Shown piece by piece: positions 51,099 through 60,369 of a stretch of 64,000 nucleotides of DNA. The position numbers were made by a program, and so were the translations under genes. Under the pieces are notes generated by a model. The model saw nothing but the letters and a program-made list of their open reading frames with translations, was not told the DNA's origin and ran no database searches. The stretch is from contig CAYYSJ010000001.1 in assembly GCA_964474445.1 (NCBI GenBank), positions 14,530 through 78,529 on the forward strand, given 5' to 3'. The DNA is from an uncultured Gammaproteobacteria bacterium. GTDB lineage: Bacteria; Patescibacteriota; Microgenomatia; Levybacterales; UBA12049. How positions within the stretch are numbered: position 1 is the first letter of the stretch; each line of letters starts with the position of its first letter.

Positions 51099-52379
51099 AT
51101 GTATCTGGTACAATTTTTTTGTTTCATGGAAAATGATATAGCAAAAAAGAACAAACCATTTTACACAAACATATGGTTTTTCACTACTCTTTTCTGTTTT
51201 ATCACAATGGTACTTGTCTTACTTGGACTTTGGATAGAACTTCAAGCTCGTTATCCAACAACTTCTCCTCTTAATACGCTTTCCTATATTGTATACAGTA
51301 AACAACATTTGCACATACCTATGAGCAAACAGACGATCGCGTTTTTACCTTACTGGAAGCTATCTGACGCAAAATATACACGGTTTGATTTACTCTCAGA
51401 TATTAGTTATTTTTCATTAACAATTGATGAGAAGGGGAACTTTATACAGAAAAAAGAAAATCATAGTGAGCCGGGATGGCAAGCCTGGAATAGTCAAACG
51501 GTAAAAGATTTAATAGCAAAAACACAAATTACGGGAAATACATTTTCACTAACGCTTGCGAATCAAAAGAATAAGACAATTGAAACTTTTTTACAGGATA
51601 AAACTGCCCAACAACATCTCATTAATAACACCCTCAAGCAAATTACTTCCAGGCACTTGAATGGTGTTACTCTTGACTTTGAATATGAGGGTCAACCTGA
51701 TGGCACATACAGTAATGCTTTTACCCAGTTTGCTTCGAATTTTGCAACAACACTCCATAAAAAAGCACCAGGGGTAAGGCTGAACCTCACACTTCTTCCT
51801 CTTTCAGGAAGAGAAAAGGGATTATTTGATTTGCCAGCAATTGTGCCATTATTTGATCGATTTATTGGGATGAGTTATGACTATTATGCGCTTGGATCAG
51901 ATGTTGCTGGCCCAATTGCACCTATGAATGGTTTTAAAGAGAATAAATTTTTCTTTGATGTGACAACAACCTATGAGGACTATATGAAATATATTCCAAA
52001 AGAGAAAATTGTGATGGGTATTCCTTACTATGGCTATGATTGGGCAGTTACTGATGGGAAAAAGATCCAAAGCGCAACATTCCCCCAAAGTGATCCAAAT
52101 AATTACGTTGCTGCCATTTCCTATGCAAAGGTAAAAGATGATACTGATATCAAACAAGATCAATGCATGTGGGATGACTATGCAAAAGAACCGTGGTGTT
52201 GGTATACAGATAGTCATCAGGTTGATCATCAGGTATGGTTTGAAAATAATGAATCAATAAAAATCAAATATCGCTTTGCACGTCAAAGTAACTTTGCAGG
52301 AGTTGCTATTTGGACATTGGGATACGATAAAAATTATCCTGACTTATGGAATGTTATGAAAAGCACATTAAAAAAGTAA
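51099..52379 (+). CDS. glycoside hydrolase family 18-like protein (membrane-anchored), chitinase/lectin-like
   Basis: N-terminal TM; GH18-like block LNGVTLDFEYE with the catalytic Glu but degenerate upstream Asp residues; GIPYYGYDW and AGVAIWTLGYD motifs. Confidence 0.6.
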   Translation: MYLVQFFCFMENDIAKKNKPFYTNIWFFTTLFCFITMVLVLLGLWIELQARYPTTSPLNTLSYIVYSKQHLHIPMSKQTIAFLPYWKLSDAKYTRFDLLSDISYFSLTIDEKGNFIQKKENHSEPGWQAWNSQTVKDLIAKTQITGNTFSLTLANQKNKTIETFLQDKTAQQHLINNTLKQITSRHLNGVTLDFEYEGQPDGTYSNAFTQFASNFATTLHKKAPGVRLNLTLLPLSGREKGLFDLPAIVPLFDRFIGMSYDYYALGSDVAGPIAPMNGFKENKFFFDVTTTYEDYMKYIPKEKIVMGIPYYGYDWAVTDGKKIQSATFPQSDPNNYVAAISYAKVKDDTDIKQDQCMWDDYAKEPWCWYTDSHQVDHQVWFENNESIKIKYRFARQSNFAGVAIWTLGYDKNYPDLWNVMKSTLKK

Positions 52380-52397
52380 AAGCCTTAATTCCTTTGA

Positions 52398-54098
52398 TTA
52401 GGAAGCAGTGTTTTCTTTGGAGATTGGAAGGGTAAAATAAAACGTAGAACCTTTCCCTTTTTCACTTTTTACCCACATTTTTCCTCCATGTATTTTGATA
52501 ATCTCTGATGAAATATATAACCCAAGTCCTAAACCAGGAAACGTTTTATGTTGAGCTGCTTGATAAAATCGTCCAAAAATTTTTTTTACCTCCTCTTTTG
52601 CAATACCCATACCAAAGTCTTGTACATACATCTCTATATAATCGCCTCTCTTGTGAGATCCAACAAGTATCTTATCTCCTTCAGGTGAATATTTAATTGC
52701 ATTAGTAACAAGATTAATGATAACTTGCCGTATTCGTTCTTTATCTGCATGTACTGGTAGATTTGTATGCCAGTCTAGTATAAGTTTCTGTTGTGTGAGT
52801 GGTTGTAAAGTTTCAATGACTTCTTCAGCAAGTTCTTTGACAAAAAACTGTTGTGTATATAATGCTAATTTTCCTCGTTGCATTCGTGTTACATCAAGCA
52901 GTTCATTAATCAGTCCTGATAACATATCAATTTGTATATTAATTTTTTCAATGAATTTTTTCATGTCAAGATCTTTATTTTTTGCAAGTTTCTTATCGAG
53001 CACTTGCGCAAAAACTTTCAAACTGGTAAGGGGAGTTTTTAACTCATGGGATGCCATAGAAATAAGATCATTTTTCTGTTTTTCCAACTGCTTTCTCTTT
53101 TCCAATTCTTTTTGAGATGCTTCATAAAGTTTTGCATTCTCCATGGCAAGTGACGCTCGATTTGCAAGTTCTTCTGCCATTGTCAGATCAGCATCTGAAT
53201 ACTGTTTTCCTGATTCTGCTGTTACAAAGGTAATAGCCCCCAAGGGTTTCCCAGAAACAATAAGCGGGACAATCATTGCAGAAGTAAAACCTATTTTTCT
53301 CATAATTTTTAACTGTTCCTCGTCTCGTGCATTTGTAACAAGCATATCGTCAGTGATCACTGAGTATATCTCAGATTTTCCTGTACGCATCACTTGAGGT
53401 ATTCCTGCGGTATGATTGATATCAATAGGATATTTTTCTCGTAACTTTTTCGCCCATATCGTTTTTTCTGGATCTTTATGAGCAATTGCTACAGACTCGA
53501 AATCACTCTTTTTGTTTAGCAATTCAACAGTACACCAATCAGCAATATGTGGTACTGCAAGCTTTGTCACATTTGCCAATGTTGTTTTATAATTAAGAGA
53601 AGATGAAAGAATTTTACTCGCCTCAGATAAAAATTTTAAATTTCCTTTTAACCGTTTTCGATCAGTAATTTGTCGAGTGATTTTTGCAGCTCCGACAATT
53701 TCTCCTTCTGCATTTCGAATTGGAGATACTGATAAGGAAACATCAATAGAAGCACCTAACTTTGTTAGTCTGACTGTTTCATAATGGTTAATGTGTTTTC
53801 CTTTTTTTATATTTTTCAGAATTGCTGATTCTTCTTCTTGTATCTCTTGAGGAATAACTGAGGACATGTGCTTTCCAAGTACTTCATTTGCAGTATATCC
53901 GTACATTTCTTCAGCTGCTTTGTTCCAACTAAGGATATACCCATCGACTGTTTCACCAATAATGGCATCGTCAGAAAATTCAACGATTGCTGCGAGAAAG
54001 GCTACTTCAGGGAATGGTTTCTCTCGAATTTTTTCTCCCCAACTCTCATGGAGTAATTCCATTAATTTTTCATCCATTTGCCATTTACAATATAGCAA
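52398..54098 (-). CDS. sensor histidine kinase with PAS and GAF domains
   Basis: HisKA box MASHELKTPLTSL; HATPase_c N/G boxes (LVTNAIKYS, DFGMGI, GLGLGLYIS); N-terminal PAS-like and GAF-like regions; likely cytoplasmic. Confidence 0.8.
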   Translation of the reverse strand: MLYCKWQMDEKLMELLHESWGEKIREKPFPEVAFLAAIVEFSDDAIIGETVDGYILSWNKAAEEMYGYTANEVLGKHMSSVIPQEIQEEESAILKNIKKGKHINHYETVRLTKLGASIDVSLSVSPIRNAEGEIVGAAKITRQITDRKRLKGNLKFLSEASKILSSSLNYKTTLANVTKLAVPHIADWCTVELLNKKSDFESVAIAHKDPEKTIWAKKLREKYPIDINHTAGIPQVMRTGKSEIYSVITDDMLVTNARDEEQLKIMRKIGFTSAMIVPLIVSGKPLGAITFVTAESGKQYSDADLTMAEELANRASLAMENAKLYEASQKELEKRKQLEKQKNDLISMASHELKTPLTSLKVFAQVLDKKLAKNKDLDMKKFIEKINIQIDMLSGLINELLDVTRMQRGKLALYTQQFFVKELAEEVIETLQPLTQQKLILDWHTNLPVHADKERIRQVIINLVTNAIKYSPEGDKILVGSHKRGDYIEMYVQDFGMGIAKEEVKKIFGRFYQAAQHKTFPGLGLGLYISSEIIKIHGGKMWVKSEKGKGSTFYFTLPISKENTAS

Positions 54099-54330
54099 AT
54101 ATTACAAGCATATAAGCAGAATATAGTATATCCTTACCAGTTTATTACAGAAACATTACTCTATATGAATGTTCTCATGATTCATGGTTGAAGCCTCTGT
54201 CTCATACGCTGCTTGGCTATAGGTATACTTCTTCCCTATAGTTCTTCTAACCCCTCGTTCCTTTGTTCCATACATTTCTTACAGAGGAATATCCTATTTT
54301 CAAGATATTTCTTACATATTTCTTACTTGC

Positions 54331-55563
54331 TTGCATTTTTGCTCTTACCTCTCTTTCGTACACTTCTTACAAATAGTTATAGGTTTTCCTATGATCTCAC
54401 CACAACAATTGAAAAAGTTACATGAGGCAGGACAGCGCTTTCTTGCGCCTCTTACCCCGTATGAGACGTATGTTGCACTTGTTGAAGAAGGTATACGACT
54501 AAGTAAAGCAACATGGGGGTCAGTATTCATTCCTGACAAACAGAGTTTTAAAAAAGTATATGCCTCCCTCCCCTCTCTTATTGCTGTAAGACCTCGTAAA
54601 AAAGGGACAGTATATAAAGCATTTTCCACACGAAAGTCGGTTATTTATACAAAGAAACAAGTTTATTTTTTAAAAAAGTATCATCCTGAATTTCACGATC
54701 TACCGGTAAAATCAGCTGTTATGATTCCTATTTCCTATGGAAGAGAAGCTATGGGTGTTTTGTGCTTACAAGCAACAAAGGAAAATCATTTTTCAAAAGA
54801 GCTCATACAGATTCTTGAAATTTTCGGGTCTATGGCATTTATCTGCATAAGAAAGACACATCTTTACGAGCAGGTACAAAAAGCACTTGAGTTGCGGGAT
54901 CTCTTTATCTCGATTGCTTCTCACGAGCTAAAGACTCCATTAACCGCTGCTACGTTATACAGTGATTTACTCAAGAGTAAACTGCAGGCAAAAGCTTTGC
55001 CTGAAATGAAGCTTTCAGAGTCGCTCTCTCATGAAATTTCACGTCTCAAGCGTCTTATTAATGATCTTCTCCAGATAGAACACATTAAGAAAGGTAGTCT
55101 GCATTACGAGTGGGAGAAATGCAGTATGCAACACGTTATTAAGGAGGCAGTTGAGGAGTTTACTCATCTGTATCCTTTTTATAAAGTATCTATTAAATAT
55201 CACTTATATAAAGGACTTGATACGATTGTTGGTGACTTTGACAAGCTGCTTCAGGTCATTACTAATCTTTTGACCAATGCAGCTAGATATTCAACTCCAG
55301 AGGATTCGATAACAGTTGTATTGGAAGAACAAGACAACACGATTGTTATCCACGTTATCGATAAAGGGAAAGGTATTCCTCAATCAGATATTCCAAACAT
55401 TTTTGAAAAGTTTTATAAAGGTGAAAATAGTTCCCATGAAGGAATGGGACTTGGGCTCTATCTTACTAAAAACATCGTTGATAATCATGGTGGAGCAATT
55501 ACTGTTGATTCAAAATTACATAAAGGAACAACTTTCTCAGTAAAACTTCCAAAATATCTATGA
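54331..55563 (+). CDS. sensor histidine kinase with GAF domain (start possibly at the Met at 54391)
   Basis: HisKA IASHELKTPLTAA; HATPase_c (LLTNAARYS, DKGKGI, GMGLGLYLTKN). Confidence 0.8.
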   Translation: MHFCSYLSFVHFLQIVIGFPMISPQQLKKLHEAGQRFLAPLTPYETYVALVEEGIRLSKATWGSVFIPDKQSFKKVYASLPSLIAVRPRKKGTVYKAFSTRKSVIYTKKQVYFLKKYHPEFHDLPVKSAVMIPISYGREAMGVLCLQATKENHFSKELIQILEIFGSMAFICIRKTHLYEQVQKALELRDLFISIASHELKTPLTAATLYSDLLKSKLQAKALPEMKLSESLSHEISRLKRLINDLLQIEHIKKGSLHYEWEKCSMQHVIKEAVEEFTHLYPFYKVSIKYHLYKGLDTIVGDFDKLLQVITNLLTNAARYSTPEDSITVVLEEQDNTIVIHVIDKGKGIPQSDIPNIFEKFYKGENSSHEGMGLGLYLTKNIVDNHGGAITVDSKLHKGTTFSVKLPKYL

Positions 55564-56510
55564 GAGGATTTGAAACACAACGAGTCCCAACGCCTTCAGA
55601 AATGGTTCATAACATTGTAAGTGGTTATGTTCGTCATCATCCATTCCTTAGAAATTTTGATACTGCTATTCATGAGAAGAAAAGAAGAAAGAAAAAAGCT
55701 GTTGAACGAATGATTCTTGATATTCTCCGTCCTCATTCACAAGTTTCATTTCTTTTATATATAGGACTTCCCGGTACTGGGAAAACGACACTTGCTGATG
55801 CAGTAGCTGATGCAGTTGAAGGTGCATCACTGAGAATGGTAGAGGTTCAGCGGTGGTATTTTAGTGATTATAGAACTCGTGCTATTGAACAATTACATTC
55901 ACAAGGAAAGGAACCAACAAAAGAAGCAGAAACGGAATTAGCAACTCAGATGATGACACGGGATGCGTTACGCATTATTGATGAAGGACCATATAATGCT
56001 CAAAGAAGACGTGTTGTCATTGCTGAAATGCCTGTCTATCCAGTCGATCATAGACAACGAGGACTTGATTTAGTGAGGGCTATCGGTGAAAAAGAAAGAG
56101 GTGTTCCCTATAGAGAAAGAAGAGCACGAGTAAATGGGATAAAGCCGGATTTGGCAGTTATTAAAAATGGTATTGTAACAAGACTTTTAAAAATGTCTTC
56201 TGGAGGTTCTCCAGAAATGCTCATGGAGATTGCATATAAGGCGTATGGGGGAGCACTTCTCTTTCGGTTACTGGAACCAAAGTTATTTGTGATGCTAAAT
56301 CGCTTAGTAAAAGACACACACGGATTTCAAGTCTGGCGAAGAAATTCTCCGGAAGAGCAAGCAGCAAAGGTGATTACGCTAAGAATGTTAGCAATTTTGC
56401 GGAATGCAGGGTTATATGGCCCCCTTAGTACGATTCTCATGAATCCTGCTCGAATGGGTTTGGAACGATTATCTCGAGTTACTCCTCAGAAACACGTTGT
56501 AGAACAATAA
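55560..56510 (+). CDS. P-loop NTPase (zeta-toxin/AAA_33-like kinase fold?) translationally coupled to the histidine kinase
   Basis: Walker A LLYIGLPGTGKTTLADAV; 4-nt overlap (ATGA) with the kinase stop; 316 aa. Confidence 0.5.
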   Translation: MRGFETQRVPTPSEMVHNIVSGYVRHHPFLRNFDTAIHEKKRRKKKAVERMILDILRPHSQVSFLLYIGLPGTGKTTLADAVADAVEGASLRMVEVQRWYFSDYRTRAIEQLHSQGKEPTKEAETELATQMMTRDALRIIDEGPYNAQRRRVVIAEMPVYPVDHRQRGLDLVRAIGEKERGVPYRERRARVNGIKPDLAVIKNGIVTRLLKMSSGGSPEMLMEIAYKAYGGALLFRLLEPKLFVMLNRLVKDTHGFQVWRRNSPEEQAAKVITLRMLAILRNAGLYGPLSTILMNPARMGLERLSRVTPQKHVVEQ

Positions 56511-56557
56511 TTTGCTTATTGCTTTTTTGTCTCCTTGATTGCTATAGTAGAATTCCT

Positions 56558-57022
56558 ATGGATGATCAAACACCAGAACAAGAAGTCGTAGATGCTGAAA
56601 TTGTTGCTACGCAAACTCCTACACCTGCTGCAGATCAAGTAACAGTTCTGTTAAGTCTTGAACAACTTATTAAAAGTCATATTGCAAGTATTGATAAACT
56701 GAGAGAAGAATCCCGAAAGCATAAACAAATGCTTGAGGATGCTTTCCTGAATGATCCTGTTTACCAAGAACATTTAAAAATAGCAAAAGAAGCAACCAAA
56801 CAAAAATCAACAACCAAACAAAATATTATGCATCAACCTGCAAATGTACAGCTTTCAAATAAGATAAAAGAAATGTCTGCAGAATTAAAAGATAAACAAA
56901 TGGCATTGTCTGATTACTTGCTTGAATATCAACGAATGACAGGAGTCAATGAAATTGAAGGAGAAGATGGTGAAGTACGAGAAATAGTCAATACTGCACG
57001 GGTAGTAAAAAAGACCAAATAA
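56558..57022 (+). CDS. coiled-coil hypothetical protein
   Basis: ATG at 56558 (MDDQTPEQ...); heptad-like charged sequence. Confidence 0.35.
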   Translation: MDDQTPEQEVVDAEIVATQTPTPAADQVTVLLSLEQLIKSHIASIDKLREESRKHKQMLEDAFLNDPVYQEHLKIAKEATKQKSTTKQNIMHQPANVQLSNKIKEMSAELKDKQMALSDYLLEYQRMTGVNEIEGEDGEVREIVNTARVVKKTK

Positions 57023-57154
57023 GCAATATCCATATACTTCATATACCAGATAAGCCAATACAATAAAAATTAACCAAAAGACTTGTATGCCTCTTGCCTA
57101 GTTCTTACTGCTTTTTAAGTGCGTATTGTTAATCCTTTGGTAGATTTCGTGAGT

Positions 57155-57718
57155 ATGAGAGTAGCTTTTGTAGCAGTACTCCTTGTTCCAGTTGCAATCA
57201 TAGGAGGGCTACTTGGCTATTATCTTGGATACCAACATTTGCTACCCCGAATTTCATTTGTTCCCATTGTATCACCCACCCCTGTCCCCTCTCGAGTTGG
57301 GGGTGCAGCAGCAACCCCAGAAGCAACTGTATCTGCTACACTGAGCCCTTCTGTTTCACCAACTCCATCAGTTGCTCCTGCAACAGTTGTGGACTCTTTT
57401 ATGAAAAGTTTTACGCAAATAAAAACAACAACGGCAAATGATCCAAATGCGCAAAATGCAGTACAATTCTTAACAAAAGATGCACAAAAAGTTGTGGCGC
57501 AAGAATCAACAAATAACAGTCTTGCATCTGGTCTTGCAAAATTTGCAGGGGTACAAAGTCTTCCAGATGGAGGTTATACTATTGGAAAACCAACCGTTAC
57601 AGATAATACAATTGTTATTGCAACAACATGGAATTATTTGAGTGGGCCGGTCACAAAAGTCTTTTATTTAATACAGGAAAATGGCCAATGGAAAATTGAT
57701 ACGATTCGAGATCGATAG
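57155..57718 (+). CDS. membrane-anchored/secreted hypothetical protein
   Basis: ATG at 57155 (MRVAFVAVLLVPVAIIGGLLGYYLGY...); signal-anchor then a Pro/Thr/Ser/Val linker and a globular domain. Confidence 0.4.
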   Translation: MRVAFVAVLLVPVAIIGGLLGYYLGYQHLLPRISFVPIVSPTPVPSRVGGAAATPEATVSATLSPSVSPTPSVAPATVVDSFMKSFTQIKTTTANDPNAQNAVQFLTKDAQKVVAQESTNNSLASGLAKFAGVQSLPDGGYTIGKPTVTDNTIVIATTWNYLSGPVTKVFYLIQENGQWKIDTIRDR

Positions 57719-57808
57719 TATTTCATAGAAATAAGCTCTCCCTCGTTCTATTCTTTCAACTCTCTCACTTCCCTTTGTCTACACTCTCAAGTACTACCAT
57801 TACTCTCA

Positions 57809-58528
57809 ATGTCGGAAAGTGGGGTGATAAATGTGCAAAAAACAGTTATTGGCATTTTCTCCTCTGAAGAAGATGCACAGACGGCTGTGGAAGATTTAGA
57901 GACAGCAGGATACGAAACAAAAGACATTTCTATCATGATGAAAAACAGAACCAGCGCTGAAAGATTTGCAAATGACACAGGCACAAACGTTGCAAACAGT
58001 GCAGTATCTGGTGCAGTCACAGGAGGTGTGATTGGAGGAATAGCAGGACTTCTTATTGGCATTGGAGCGATTGCTGTCCCAGGCATTGGAGCACTTCTTA
58101 TTGGTGGTCCTATTGCAACCGCGTTAGGTGTAACAGGTGCTGCTGCAACAACCGTGTCTGGTGCGACAACCGGTATCCTTGCAGGTGGTCTTATTGGTGC
58201 ACTAATGGGGCTTGGTGTGCCTCGTGAAGATGCAGCAGTCTATGAGGAACGTATAAAACAGGGAGGCATTCTTGTAGCAATTCCCGCTCAAGAAGGAAGA
58301 GAAGAGGATGTAATGGCTATTCTTGAAGATAATGGTGCTGACCAAATTCGTGCAATTGAAGCATCGATTCCCTCTGAAAGTGCTCGCGAAGAAGTCTATG
58401 AAGACCCGGTCTCTTCTCAAAATGGGTCATATGAGTACACACAATTAGGCATAAAAGGTGGTAAAAGCAGGGCAGCTTCGAAAAAGACTTCTCCAGAGAG
58501 AAAAACACGTGTAAGAAAAAAAACATAA
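57809..58528 (+). CDS. general stress protein 17M/YflT-like with Gly-zipper membrane segment
   Basis: N-terminal YflT-like domain (SEEDAQTAVEDLETAGYETKDISIMMKN) and Gly-rich helices (GGVIGGIAGLLIGIGAIAVPGIGALLIGG). Confidence 0.55.
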   Translation: MSESGVINVQKTVIGIFSSEEDAQTAVEDLETAGYETKDISIMMKNRTSAERFANDTGTNVANSAVSGAVTGGVIGGIAGLLIGIGAIAVPGIGALLIGGPIATALGVTGAAATTVSGATTGILAGGLIGALMGLGVPREDAAVYEERIKQGGILVAIPAQEGREEDVMAILEDNGADQIRAIEASIPSESAREEVYEDPVSSQNGSYEYTQLGIKGGKSRAASKKTSPERKTRVRKKT

Positions 58529-58684
58529 GGGAAAATCTTTCAACGTTTCCCCTACCCAAGCCCCTACTTGGGGTTTTTCTACCTTGGGACCTTTACCTTT
58601 CTTACACTTCTCTTACATTTTTATACTCGATCTTTTACTTTAAGCATTTAGAATCGGAAATAACGTAAAGGGGGTGAATGATAT

Positions 58685-58840
58685 ATGGCAAAAGGAAAAA
58701 GAGGTTTGGCGTCAGCAGATGAAAAGACTCGTAAAAGAGTTGGACATTTAGGGGGTATCGCAAAGCACTCTCTGCGAGGTTTACAAGCAGCACCAAAACA
58801 CGTTAGACAGCGAGTAGCACGAATGGGCGGAAAGGCATAA
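58685..58840 (+). CDS. unannotated small KGG-repeat-like stress protein (51 aa) MAKGKRGLASADEKTRKRVGHLGGIAKHSLRGLQAAPKHVRQRVARMGGKA
   Basis: Not in the ORF track; ATG at 58685 preceded by AAAGGGGGTGA (Shine-Dalgarno); followed by a rho-independent terminator; resembles KGG/YciG-type small stress proteins. Confidence 0.45.
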   Translation: MAKGKRGLASADEKTRKRVGHLGGIAKHSLRGLQAAPKHVRQRVARMGGKA

Positions 58841-58859
58841 GCTTTCTGGATTCAAGACT

Positions 58860-59390
58860 TTAAAGAGGCAGAGTAACGGCTGCCTCTTTTTTGTTCACTG
58901 ATGCTATGGAAGAACTGTTTTGCATATGCTTTTCCATAATCAATTTAAAGAGTGTTGCTGTCCTATAAAAAGCTTCAGGAAAAATATCCAAATCTTCTTT
59001 TCCAACAGATATACTAATTTGAAATGTTCCTCGTGGATATTTGTTCCAATTCCAATCAGTTGTTCCGCTAAACATCACTTCTTTGTGTCCTTTGGATAGT
59101 TTTAATTGGCATAAATACTCAAGAAGAATATGTTCAAACAGATGTCCAAGTTCTGTTCGCATGACCTCAACTTTGAAAGGAATATTTCCTTCATTAAAGC
59201 ACGTTGATTTTAAAATAGTTGGAAGGAGTTGTTTTAACAGCGGAAGCGTATAAAGCATTTTCCCTGTATGAACATCTTTGGTAAATACTCTCATGATGAT
59301 AAGGGTTTTTGTTTTTGTATGACGGACATGAGAGGAGAAATAGTCTGTGGAAAAAACTGTATAATCTTGGTGAACAGAGAGTCTTGGCAT
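58860..59390 (-). CDS. hypothetical protein (176 aa)
   Basis: ORF only. Confidence 0.35.
   Translation of the reverse strand: MPRLSVHQDYTVFSTDYFSSHVRHTKTKTLIIMRVFTKDVHTGKMLYTLPLLKQLLPTILKSTCFNEGNIPFKVEVMRTELGHLFEHILLEYLCQLKLSKGHKEVMFSGTTDWNWNKYPRGTFQISISVGKEDLDIFPEAFYRTATLFKLIMEKHMQNSSSIASVNKKEAAVTLPL
58864..58892 (+). terminator. rho-independent terminator
   Basis: Stem AGAGGCAG/CTGCCTCT with an 8-nt loop, then TTTTTT; 24 nt after the small gene stop; overlaps the last codons of the convergent gene 58860..59390. Confidence 0.7.
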
Positions 59391-59527
59391 ATTCTTGTTC
59401 TTACAAATAATTGCTATTTCTTTGCAAATTTCTTACCAAGAATATACAGAAAACCCCTTTTTGTCAAGCAAAGCGAGCAATAAAAAACACAAGAAATTCG
59501 ACATTTCTCTTTGTTTATCGTGAAGCG

Positions 59528-59872
59528 TTACGTGTTTGAAGATGATTTATTTCCCTGGCGTGCCTGTCCTCCAAGTTTACCAATTCTACTGTAGTGACTT
59601 GGTCCAAATTGTTTTTTTGTGGCATTACCACCTTTTCTTCCTAGGCTTCTATAACCATCTTTTCCAAGCATACTTTTTCTGGATTGACCCCCTTTCTGAC
59701 CAATCCGTTGGTAAAATTCACGTCCATACTCTTTTTTTGTAGCAGTTCCCCCTTGTTTTCCAATATTCTGGTAGAATCTCTTGTCATGAGTACTGGCAGT
59801 TTGTTTACCACCTTTTCTCCCTGCATCCGCTGTTGTCATTTGTCCCTTCTGGGAAGTATTGTTATTGGGCAT
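59528..59872 (-). CDS. KGG-repeat general stress protein (YciG/Con-10-like)
   Basis: Repeated GxKGGxxxxKK units (GRKGGKQTAS, GKQGGTATKK, GQKGGQSRKS, GRKGGNATKK, GKLGGQARQG). Confidence 0.55.
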   Translation of the reverse strand: MPNNNTSQKGQMTTADAGRKGGKQTASTHDKRFYQNIGKQGGTATKKEYGREFYQRIGQKGGQSRKSMLGKDGYRSLGRKGGNATKKQFGPSHYSRIGKLGGQARQGNKSSSNT

Positions 59873-59956
59873 AGGTCACCCCCTTTCACTACTCAAGTAT
59901 GAAAAATTGTATTCAAAGGAAAATGAAAAGTGCGTAACGATTATGCAAGAGGGAGA

Positions 59957-60328
59957 TTACTCGGATTGAGGGGTAATCGTCTGACTTACGAGTGTTAATA
60001 GAGATGACACATCAAATGGTTTAGGTAAAAATGCTGTGGCACCTGCTTCTTCTGCAGCTTTTTGTGCTGTTGGATGTGCTGAAATAATAATGACAGGAAT
60101 ATGAGATGTTTTGGTATCTTTCTTTAATTCTCTTGTTATCTCTCTGCCATCTTTTCCTGATAACAGAAGATCCAAGATAATGAGTTGGGGAGAAAATTTC
60201 TTTGCTGTCTCAAGAGCATCATCTCCTTTTACCAGTGTTTTGACATCATAATTTTCTGAGGAAAGAATAAGCTCTATTGCTTCAAGAATATGGGGATTAT
60301 CATCAACGACAAGAACTCTTTTGACCAT
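59957..60328 (-). CDS. single-domain response regulator (CheY-like receiver)
   Basis: VLVVDDNPHILEAIE (DD pair), phospho-acceptor D in IILDLLLSGKDG, and conserved T/S and K (KPF) positions; 123 aa. Confidence 0.8.
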   Translation of the reverse strand: MVKRVLVVDDNPHILEAIELILSSENYDVKTLVKGDDALETAKKFSPQLIILDLLLSGKDGREITRELKKDTKTSHIPVIIISAHPTAQKAAEEAGATAFLPKPFDVSSLLTLVSQTITPQSE

Positions 60329-60369
60329 ATGCTAATGTGTATACTATAGTATACGACAAATCTTCCTAA

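Noticed and set aside
54099-54330. Possible small RNA or extra gene in the 230-bp divergent region between the two histidine kinases
   Set aside because: Only short ORFs with no ribosome-binding site (54213..54425 overlaps the kinase start). Most likely just a shared promoter region.
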